DNA of 64,000 nt from Candidatus Aenigmatarchaeota archaeon (GTDB taxonomy: Archaea; Aenigmatarchaeota; Aenigmatarchaeia; CG10238-14; SpSt-28). Where the stretch lies: positions 160,001-224,000 of the forward strand of contig JAVYPJ010000002.1 of NCBI GenBank assembly GCA_038733315.1, in the 5' to 3' direction. Every line of letters begins with the position of its first letter. Position 1 is the first letter of the stretch. A program made the translations under genes and the position numbers. Below are positions 28,969 to 36,997 of this stretch, piece by piece. The notes under the pieces are model-generated. The model searched no databases and was not told the origin of the DNA. It saw only the letters and a program-made list of their open reading frames with translations.

Positions 28969-29338
28969 AAATTATTAACTCTATATTTTCGTAGTTAGTG
29001 AAGTTAGAGGAAAAAAAATAACTTATAGAAAAAACGTTACTTTCATTAAACTCTATATTCTTAAAGCATTCATTATAATTCTTTTCATAACAAATCAAAA
29101 CTTTAAAATCATATATTTTTGGAAGCTCTTTTCTAAAAATGTTTTCTATTTCATTTGCTTTTCCTAAAAACGCATAATTTCTTATCTCAAGATTATAAGA
29201 ATTTAAAATGTTATATATCGCAACCTTTATAGCTTCGGTATCTTCTAAATACAAAGAAGAAGAATACAGTATTAAAACGAAAGATAATAAAATAATAGAG
29301 GAAATTGCTAATTCTAAAAACTTTTCCATTTTATTCAA
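28949..29338 (-). CDS. Pilin-like membrane-anchored protein
   Basis: FLELAISSIILL (Glu at pilin +5-like position); ends LIIYVW. Confidence 0.5.
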   Translation of the reverse strand: MNKMEKFLELAISSIILLSFVLILYSSSLYLEDTEAIKVAIYNILNSYNLEIRNYAFLGKANEIENIFRKELPKIYDFKVLICYEKNYNECFKNIEFNESNVFSISYFFSSNFTNYENIELIIYVWKKA

Positions 29339-30050
29339 AAATCCTAAGAACGATATTTAACTTTTTTCCATTTATCGATAAAATAGGCATACTAAAGGAA
29401 AAAATATTACCAGCTTTGCTTTTCTTACAACTCATAATTATATTTTCATTCTCAAAAACTTCTACCTCGACCTCTTCTTTATTTTTACAATATTCATTTA
29501 CAATACTTTCAAAAGCGTATAAATCTATACCTTTTAAAGTAATAGTACCGATATATTCATAGCTTGCATTTTTATAATTCTCTTCAAACTCATAAAACAC
29601 TTGATTTCCATAGCTAGATGACATAAAAACATATAAAATTTCTTTACCGAAAAAATCTTGTAAAAAAACAGATATATTAGCTCTGTATAAGCTGTTATCG
29701 TTACAAACATCATAATCTTTTATTTTAAACGCTAATTCAGAAAAACTAGAATTATAAATTCTTATTGACGTTACATTTATTTTCTTTTCACAACTAACGC
29801 TTAAATTTATATAAATAGTTTGATTGCCATTTTCGATAGCATTAATTTCAAAGATATTAATAAACAAATCCTTATAAACGCTTGGATTAGAATATATTAG
29901 CCTATCAAAATAAGAAAGCAAAAGCTCTCTATAAAAAATTTCTGAATTTATATTTCTATACTCTTGAAACCTATAATTCAAAAATAGAAAGCTCATTATT
30001 ACTAACACTAAAAATATTGCTGACGATACAATCATTTCCAAATAACTCAT
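29331..30050 (-). CDS. Pilin-like membrane-anchored protein
   Basis: MSYLEMIVSSAIFLVLVI N-terminal helix; first gene of the operon. Confidence 0.5.
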   Translation of the reverse strand: MSYLEMIVSSAIFLVLVIMSFLFLNYRFQEYRNINSEIFYRELLLSYFDRLIYSNPSVYKDLFINIFEINAIENGNQTIYINLSVSCEKKINVTSIRIYNSSFSELAFKIKDYDVCNDNSLYRANISVFLQDFFGKEILYVFMSSSYGNQVFYEFEENYKNASYEYIGTITLKGIDLYAFESIVNEYCKNKEEVEVEVFENENIIMSCKKSKAGNIFSFSMPILSINGKKLNIVLRIFE

Positions 30051-30084
30051 AAAATATTATAATACTTTTGAACAAATCTTCTGC

Positions 30085-30170
30085 TGCGGGGGGTGGGATT
30101 TGAACCCACGAAGGCACTAAGCCACTGGGACCTCAACCCAGCGCCCTTGACCAGGCTAGGCGACCCCCGC
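30085..30170 (-). tRNA. tRNA-Leu (GAG)
   Basis: GCGGGGG acceptor, anticodon arm CTGGG-TTGAGGT-CCCAG, long variable arm, GTTCAAATC, discriminator A. Confidence 0.95.
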
Positions 30171-30214
30171 ATAATTGCATAATTTATCATAAAAAATCAA
30201 TTCTAGAAAAAAAT

Positions 30215-30258
30215 TAAAACATCTGATGGCATTTGAAAAGCTGCAATGGTAATTCTGG
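30215..30258 (-). other. 3' arm of 16S processing stem with bulge-helix-bulge
   Basis: Inverted repeat of 31727-31770; central helix TTTC (30235-30238), bulge AAA (30232-30234). Confidence 0.85.
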
Positions 30259-30260
30259 TT

Positions 30261-31733
30261 ATTAAGTGATCCAGCCGCACGTTCCCGCACGGCTACCTTG
30301 TGACGACTTCGCCCCCCTCGCGGAGCCCCTGTTCGAGCCTTTAGACCCTCACAGGAACTCCACTCGGTTGGCGTGACGGGCAGTGTGAGCAAGGGGCAGG
30401 GACGTATTCGGCGAGGTTTGCTAAACCCCGCCTACTAGGGATTTCGGCTTCACGAGGGCGAGTTACAGCCCTCGATCTGAACTAGGGGCGCTTTTAGGGG
30501 ATTTGCTTCGCCTTTCGGCGTCGCATCCCTTTGTAGCGCCCATTGTGTTGCGCGTGTAGCCCTGGGGATTCGGGGCATACGGACTTACCGTCGCCCGTAC
30601 CTTCCTCCCGCTTGTCGCGGGCAGTCCCCCATGAGTGCCCCACAGCCGAAGCTGCGGGTAGCAACATGGGGCACGGGTCTCGCTCGTTAGCCAACTTGAT
30701 GGCACGCCTCACGGTACGAGCTGACGGTAGCCATGCACCACCTCTCGGCTCGTCTGGTAAGGTCTTTAGCCTGACCTTCATGCTGCCGTCTCCCCAGGTA
30801 AGATTCCCGGTGTCGAGTCCAATTGAACCGCACAACCCACCCCTTGTGTGCCCCCCCGCCAATACCCTTAAGTTTCACCCTTTCGGGCGTACTCCCCAGG
30901 CGGCCCACTTAACGGCTTCCCTTCGCCACCGAAGTGGCTCTAAGCCACTCCGATAGCTAGCGGGCAACGTTTACAGCTGGGACTACAGGGGTATCTAATC
31001 CCTTTCGCTCCCCCAGCTTTCGCCCCTCACCGTCAGGCCCGTTCCAGCCGGCCGCCTTCGCCACTGGTAGTCCTCCCAGGATTAAAGGATTTCACCCCTA
31101 CCCTGGGAGTACTGCCGGCCTCTCCCGGCCTCAAGGCTAGCAGTATCTCCCGCAGTCCCATAGTCTACTATGGGATTTAACGGGAGACTTACTAGCCCGG
31201 CTACGGGCGCTTTAGGCCCAATAATCGCGGGGTCGACTTGGGGCGCCGGTATTACCGTGGCGGCTGCCACCGGTCTTGCCCACCCCTTATTCGCCCAGCT
31301 TTCTATCACTGGGCAAAAGCCCTGGCAAAGCCAGGGCACTCCGGGTCACCTCCTCGTGCGTTAGCACATTGGGAAGGTTTCGCGCCTGCTGCGACCCGTA
31401 GGCCCTGGGTTCATGTCTCAGAACCCATCTGGAGGCTTCCGCTTTCACGGCCCCTACCCGTCTTAGGCTTGGGGGTCCTTTACACCCCCAACAACCTGAT
31501 AGGACCACCTCCCATCCTACGGCACTAATAGCTAATAGCTATTAGCTTTCGGAGAGGGTCCTTCCAGAATCCCTCCCCTATGGGGTATTAGCCCCAGTTT
31601 CCCGGGATTATCCCCCACCGTAGGGTAGGTTGAGGTGGTATTACTCAGCAGTGCGCCGAGGGCTTACCCCTCACGACTCGCATGGCTTAGCCTGACCCGG
31701 ATAGCCGCCCCCTCTGGCGGGTTCAGCCAGAAT
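30261..31733 (-). rRNA. rrs: 16S rRNA (archaeal, divergent, not linked to 23S)
   Basis: GC-rich island with archaeal SSU landmarks: AAGCCATGCGAGTC, GATTAGATACCC, AAACTTAAAGG-like, AAGTCGT..CAAGGTAGCC, GGCTGGATCAC; ends estimated by analogy. Confidence 0.97.
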
Positions 31734-31770
31734 TACCATTGCAACTTATTTTCTGCCATCAGATGTTTTA
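31727..31770 (-). other. 5' arm of 16S processing stem with bulge-helix-bulge
   Basis: AAAACATCTGATGGCA-GAAA-ATA-AGT-TGCAATGGTAATTCTGG; complementary to 30215-30258. Confidence 0.85.
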
Positions 31771-31904
31771 CACATCTGATGAGCTATACGCTTGCTTGAT
31801 ATTGTTTTTCATTTTCATTGAGCGTATGCTCTCTCAAAACAACGACACAGCAAGCTCTATAATAAAATATTTTAAAACATATATTTAAAAATAAATATTT
31901 TAAA

Positions 31905-32570
31905 TTAAAAATCAAAAACTTCCATCGCTGCTTGTATTTCGTATGGACTAGTTTTGGAACCTAACAACATTCCACTAGAATTAGCTACGATTCCAACAGA
32001 AACATAAATATTTCCCATATTTACGCTACCAACACCGAATTTCTTAACTCTAAAAAATTCACTAATCTTTTTCGCTTCCTCCTCCTCTATATTTCTATTA
32101 AATAAAATTCCTTTGTTTGTTACATAAGCTACAGAAGCTATTAAATTATTCTTTAAAATTTTTCCAACCTCTACCTCTACATCAAGAGCATCTCTTATAA
32201 TTTTTAAATTCTCCTTTTCGATTAAAGGACTAACAAGCGCGGCTTTATCATTACATAAAATTAGATTTCCAAGTGCGTTAAAATCGGAATCTATTATATC
32301 TACATTCAAATTCAAACTCTTAAAAAATTTTATCTCATTTTCAAATATTGTCTTTGGCAATAGTAAGCCATTAGAATTTAAACAACAAAGAATTCCTATT
32401 AACGAAGTATCCCATATACTACATTCTATTACTTCAGTTTTAAGAATTCTAGAAATTTTTTCTTTAATTTCGTAGCTAGTTTTTTTAGGAACTAGAGAAA
32501 TTTTTTCAGAAGTTTTAAAGAATATTCCAATATTTGCATCTCCATTATAATCTATTAATTCGTATTTCAT
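31905..32570 (-). CDS. eif6: Translation initiation factor aIF-6
   Basis: NIGIF, LIG....NSNGLLLP, ALGNLILCND, GSVNMG..V..G..ANS.G. Confidence 0.93.
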   Translation of the reverse strand: MKYELIDYNGDANIGIFFKTSEKISLVPKKTSYEIKEKISRILKTEVIECSIWDTSLIGILCCLNSNGLLLPKTIFENEIKFFKSLNLNVDIIDSDFNALGNLILCNDKAALVSPLIEKENLKIIRDALDVEVEVGKILKNNLIASVAYVTNKGILFNRNIEEEEAKKISEFFRVKKFGVGSVNMGNIYVSVGIVANSSGMLLGSKTSPYEIQAAMEVFDF

Positions 32571-32812
32571 GCAAGATCCACCTTAGCAATATTATTCTCC
32601 TTTTGTATTCTTAGTGTAAACTTATACGTTAATTTTTTTGGTGAATGTCTTTGTATAAATACGTTTAACGCGTTTCCAACCTTTACTTCTTCAACTTTTA
32701 ATATTCTTTTTAATTTTTCTTTTAATCTTTTCATTAGAAGTTTTTTCCTATTCCATCTTGGTTTTTTTATTATTTCCCTTCTTAAATTTATTCTTACTAT
32801 TCTTTCCTCCAT
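32567..32812 (-). CDS. rpl31e: 50S ribosomal protein L31e
   Basis: EERIVRINLR...PRWNR, VKVGNALN; synteny with aIF-6. Confidence 0.85.
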   Translation of the reverse strand: MEERIVRINLRREIIKKPRWNRKKLLMKRLKEKLKRILKVEEVKVGNALNVFIQRHSPKKLTYKFTLRIQKENNIAKVDLA

Positions 32813-32843
32813 TATATTTTTTATCTTAAAAATTTAAAAATTT

Positions 32844-33641
32844 ATGCAAGTAGATTGGAATAAGTTTAAAGAATTTTTAAGTTTAAGATGTACAAATAAA
32901 ACACATATAAATAACTTAACTAACTATGCAAAAAAATATGGATATCTTTTAGATTTAAATACCATAGATTTTTCTATTGAATTTAAAAAAATTACTCAAA
33001 ATAAAAAAACTTTGAAAAAGCATATTTTACAAGCTTTATCGGCGTATTCAAAATTTTTAGATGCATTAACAGAAAGTGACATATACTATAAAAAATTTAA
33101 CGAATTAAGAAAAAAATCTGGAATAACGTGGTATTCTCAAAAAATTCCAAAAATTTTAGATGAAAGAATAAATAAAGACGAAATCTTAGAAAAAATAAAA
33201 TATTTTCCGAAAAGATTAAAAGCAACCTCTATTTTACAATTATTAACCGGCTTAAGGACGCATGAAATTTTCTATTTAATAAAAAATTTTGAAAAATTTA
33301 AAAAAATAAAAATAGAAGATGCATACGTTTTTGAAATTCTATACTTAAGAAAAACAAAAAAAACATTCTTCACTATATTAAATGAAAAAGCTACAGAACT
33401 TTTGCCAATTGCATATAAATCTAAAATAAGTTATTGGAAAAACCTAAAAAAATATAATTTAAAGCCATACGATTTTAGAAGAATTTTTGAAAGTTTGTTC
33501 GATAACTTAAGATCGCATGAAATAGATTTATTGCAAGGAAGGGTAAGAGAAGAGTTAATAGTACATTATACAAGAGATCTTGAAAGCCTTGTAAAAAAAG
33601 TTTCTGAAAAACAAAGAGAAATTCTAAAAAATATACTCTAA
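32844..33641 (+). CDS. Tyrosine recombinase/integrase (archaeal virus/plasmid type)
   Basis: TGLRTHE, RKTKK, PYDFRR, IDLLQGR, VHY catalytic set. Confidence 0.8.
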   Translation: MQVDWNKFKEFLSLRCTNKTHINNLTNYAKKYGYLLDLNTIDFSIEFKKITQNKKTLKKHILQALSAYSKFLDALTESDIYYKKFNELRKKSGITWYSQKIPKILDERINKDEILEKIKYFPKRLKATSILQLLTGLRTHEIFYLIKNFEKFKKIKIEDAYVFEILYLRKTKKTFFTILNEKATELLPIAYKSKISYWKNLKKYNLKPYDFRRIFESLFDNLRSHEIDLLQGRVREELIVHYTRDLESLVKKVSEKQREILKNIL

Positions 33642-34144
33642 TTTTTCTCTTTAACCCTAACTAATAGCAAAGTATTTTCGGTTAGCTTAACGTAATACTC
33701 TTTATTTGGCTTTAAATCGAATGAGTGATAATTTTTATTAGAATTCAATTCAGCTGAATTATTATTATCCCTTATTGTTATCTTGCCTTTACTTTCGAAA
33801 TCTTTTTCAAATCTCAACAAATATCTACCATCTCTTTCGAAAGAGCTAAGATTTATAACACTCATTTTTAAGCAGTATATTTCTGGCTGTCTATCGATGT
33901 TTATCTCTCGCATAGCTATATCACTATATTTTGTTGATATTTCTAATCCACTCTTGCCCTTTACTATTACAACCTCGTTGTTTTTAGATTTATTCCTACC
34001 TATATATATTGGGAGTTCAGAGAGGTCAACATTCATTTTATATACTTCTTTGCATACCTCTAAATTTCCTTCAGACTTTTCTTTAAACAACTTTCTCTCA
34101 AGTAATATAATCTCCAACTCTAATTCTTTTTTAACTTTCTCCAC
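33638..34144 (-). CDS. Hypothetical protein (weak FHA-like beta-rich pattern)
   Basis: PIYIGR followed by beta-rich sequence; GTG start. Confidence 0.5.
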   Translation of the reverse strand: MEKVKKELELEIILLERKLFKEKSEGNLEVCKEVYKMNVDLSELPIYIGRNKSKNNEVVIVKGKSGLEISTKYSDIAMREINIDRQPEIYCLKMSVINLSSFERDGRYLLRFEKDFESKGKITIRDNNNSAELNSNKNYHSFDLKPNKEYYVKLTENTLLLVRVKEKN

Positions 34145-34184
34145 ACCTAATTGAAAAATATTTTAAAAAAATAAAAGTATAAAT

Positions 34185-34781
34185 TTATCTTGCACCTTCT
34201 GCCTCTTTTTCTATCCTTTCTCTTTCTTTTAATGCATAGCTCTTAGAAATGTCGTTATTTGCAGCTGCAATAATTTCCTCAGCTAATAAATCTTTCATTT
34301 TCGCAAAACCTACTTTTCTTCTATAGCAGGAATTAACAATATTTCTTATAGCTATATCTACTCTTCTTTGAGGAGAAATTATTACTGCAGTTCTAGCTAT
34401 AATTCCACCTATTTGATAGGATAGAGGCTCTTCTAATGGGGCAGAATTTTCTATAGCTCTTACCAAAACCTCTATAGGATTTCTTTTAGTCTTACTCTCA
34501 ATTATTTCAAGAGTTTCTTTTATTATTTTAATTATTTTATCTGTTTTTCCAACACATCTAGCAGAAGAGATTAAATGTTTTTTACCTTTATGACCAGGAA
34601 CCATCATTCTAGTTATTAATCTTTCTACAATATTCATCTTCTCTTTACCAAATCTTATTTGACTATATCTCCCATATGTCCTAGGAATTACAATTGGGTT
34701 TAAATTAATGTATCTTTTTAATCCCGCATCCTTAACTTCTACATTCCAATCCCATCTACCAAATAACTTTAATTCGCTCAT
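34185..34781 (-). CDS. rps7: 30S ribosomal protein S7
   Basis: KLFGRW, IVERLI, NPIEVLVRAIENSAP.EE, SPQRRVDIA. Confidence 0.96.
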   Translation of the reverse strand: MSELKLFGRWDWNVEVKDAGLKRYINLNPIVIPRTYGRYSQIRFGKEKMNIVERLITRMMVPGHKGKKHLISSARCVGKTDKIIKIIKETLEIIESKTKRNPIEVLVRAIENSAPLEEPLSYQIGGIIARTAVIISPQRRVDIAIRNIVNSCYRRKVGFAKMKDLLAEEIIAAANNDISKSYALKERERIEKEAEGAR

Positions 34782-35203
34782 TATCTAGCAGGTTTTTGCT
34801 TTTTTCCTTTTCTAATAGCATCTAAGGAAACTCCATTAACAGCAATAACTCTATATCTAACACCCCACATACTTCCGACGGGACCTTTTTGGCCTCCACC
34901 TAAGGACTCTACTATAACTTCGTCATGTTCATTAATATAATTTATGCTTCCGCTCTTTGGAACAAAAGCTGTTAACTCTCTACCGTTTTTAATTAATTTA
35001 ACCCTAACACACTTTATTAATCCAGAGTGCGGCCTTTTTTGCTCAACAACTCTTTTCTCTATAACAATACCTCTAGCTTGGGGAGAACCTTCTAATGGAT
35101 CTGCTTTCCATAAACCTAAAACTCTAGATTTATACTTATAAGAGCTCCACCTAAACTTTTTTCTTCTTTTTATTAAAACTCTCGCAGCAAACTCGCCAGA
35201 CAT
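34781..35203 (-). CDS. rps12: 30S ribosomal protein S12
   Basis: DPLEGSPQARGIVIEK, KCVRVKLIKNG, TAFVP. Confidence 0.96.
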   Translation of the reverse strand: MSGEFAARVLIKRRKKFRWSSYKYKSRVLGLWKADPLEGSPQARGIVIEKRVVEQKRPHSGLIKCVRVKLIKNGRELTAFVPKSGSINYINEHDEVIVESLGGGQKGPVGSMWGVRYRVIAVNGVSLDAIRKGKKQKPAR

Positions 35204-35227
35204 TATTAAATAATTAGAACATAATGT

Positions 35228-35629
35228 TTAAATAATTTTTATATCATCAATTTTATACATTCTTTCCAAAAAAGTTTTATATAACCTAAGCTTTCTTTTG
35301 TTTCTTCCGTATACAATACCTTTATAAACTTTATTTATTCCTATTTCAATAATTTTATTGCCGTTATGAGTTTTTATTCTAGCAAAATTAACAAAAGGTA
35401 TTAGCTCTTTAAGAAATTCAAAAACATTAGAAGAATACTCTAAGATTTTTATCTCTTTATTTAAAACTTTTCTCAATATTCCAATCAGCGGTAATATTTT
35501 AGCCCTCTGATTTTTTTCAACAACTATATAAACCACATTTTCAAACATTACAACATCTTTAACGTTAACATTAGTTAAATTCTCGACTAAATTTATTATT
35601 CTAATTAGCTCGTTATCAAATATTCTCAT
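35228..35629 (-). CDS. nusA: Archaeal NusA (KH domains)
   Basis: rpoA2-L30e-nusA-S12 synteny; ILEYS, KGIVYGRN. Confidence 0.8.
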   Translation of the reverse strand: MRIFDNELIRIINLVENLTNVNVKDVVMFENVVYIVVEKNQRAKILPLIGILRKVLNKEIKILEYSSNVFEFLKELIPFVNFARIKTHNGNKIIEIGINKVYKGIVYGRNKRKLRLYKTFLERMYKIDDIKII

Positions 35630-35886
35630 TTTCTAACCACTAAAACACTTATTGGAAAAGGCTTACCTAAAGCTATCCCTAACTCTATGCTATTCATTTC
35701 TGTTTCTATCACTTTGCTCTTATCCATAACTGAACTTAAGATATCTCCTTTCATATTCTCTGGTATATCTCTAGTCACTATAACTAATTTTGGTTCTTTT
35801 AACTTTAAATACTTTAAGCACTTTCTAAATCCATAAATCACGTTTCCTTTCTTTAATTCCTCTTTTATTTCACTTATCCTTTCCAT
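35626..35886 (-). CDS. rpl30e: 50S ribosomal protein L30e
   Basis: GNVIYG, SIELGIALGKPFPISVL. Confidence 0.9.
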   Translation of the reverse strand: MERISEIKEELKKGNVIYGFRKCLKYLKLKEPKLVIVTRDIPENMKGDILSSVMDKSKVIETEMNSIELGIALGKPFPISVLVVRK

Positions 35887-36997
35887 GTTTTAAACCAACT
35901 TCAACTCTTCCAGTTCCTATTGGCGCAACATTTCCAACCATAACATTTTCAAACATACCTCTAAACTCATCTCTTAAATTTTTTATCCCAGCCTCTATTA
36001 AATGTTTTGTAGTTTCCTCAAAACCAGCTCTAGCTAGAATACTCACTTTTCTCCCAGCAACACCATATCTACCTATTGGCATTATATCACCACTAAAACA
36101 CATAGTATCTACAATTAAAGATAAAAATCTTATGTTAACGTCTAAACCTTGTTGCTGCAAAGTTCTATATATTTCAAGAATTAACAAATTTCTTGCCGCC
36201 TCTATTCCAAAAACTTCTTTAACTTCGTGAGGATTGTTCGAATATGTATGAGTAATATCGACCCAAGGATATCTTATAACTTCTTTTAAATTGCTACCTT
36301 GCGTTTGAATTACCCACCTATTACCATCTTTCGTGACTATAGCAGCTTCTATTCCTTTAATACCTCTTATTGGAGTTTTAATGATTCTATCTCTTAAAAT
36401 TCTAAGCTCCTTAAACTCATATTCTTTCTTAGGCACAAGCACTATTTTTCCTCTACTTTTTTCGCACTCACAACTCTTGACTTTTTCCTTAAGTTTTTTA
36501 TATAGTTCTTCAAAATCATTCTTGTCATAAGGTATTACTTCCAAAGTGAATTCGCTCAAATTTATAACTACGCTCGCCAAATCCTCTAACTTTTTTTCTA
36601 TAATTTCATTAGCAATTTCATGCGCTTTTTCTTCTGTATTATATTCATTCTTCAAATAAATTGTCATAGAAGGAGAAGAAATTTCCTTTCTTGCATCAAA
36701 AAGCTCTATTAATCTTGGTAAACCTAAGGTTATCTTTAAACCAACAGTTCCAGCTAAGTGATAAACTCTCATAGTAGCTTGAGTTGCAGGTTCGCTAATA
36801 CATTGTGCAGCTAATATTCCTATGCTTTCATTCGGCTCAACTAAGCTCTTTATATATTCTTCATAAACTCTAAGTATTAATTTATCTTTTTTGTCCTCAC
36901 TCAAATTGAATTTCTTTACAGCATCGTCTATCTTTTTCTTCAAATTTTCTGGCAAGCTTTCGTATATTTTATAGATTTCTTGCGATTTCATATACAT
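35870..36997 (-). CDS. rpo1C: RNA polymerase subunit Rpo1C (A'')
   Basis: GILAAQCISEPATQATMR, TLGLPRLIE, FGIEAARN, LARAGFE, PIGTG. Confidence 0.96.
   Translation of the reverse strand: MYMKSQEIYKIYESLPENLKKKIDDAVKKFNLSEDKKDKLILRVYEEYIKSLVEPNESIGILAAQCISEPATQATMRVYHLAGTVGLKITLGLPRLIELFDARKEISSPSMTIYLKNEYNTEEKAHEIANEIIEKKLEDLASVVINLSEFTLEVIPYDKNDFEELYKKLKEKVKSCECEKSRGKIVLVPKKEYEFKELRILRDRIIKTPIRGIKGIEAAIVTKDGNRWVIQTQGSNLKEVIRYPWVDITHTYSNNPHEVKEVFGIEAARNLLILEIYRTLQQQGLDVNIRFLSLIVDTMCFSGDIMPIGRYGVAGRKVSILARAGFEETTKHLIEAGIKNLRDEFRGMFENVMVGNVAPIGTGRVEVGLKHGKDK

Noticed and set aside
30156..31528. Nine ORFs in the GC-rich region
   Set aside because: They lie within 16S rRNA/tRNA-Leu; stop-poor GC-rich RNA sequence
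31520..31550. AT-rich palindrome GCTAATAGCTATTAGC within 16S as intron or insertion
   Set aside because: Fits a variable-region hairpin; total 16S length (~1470 nt) is normal
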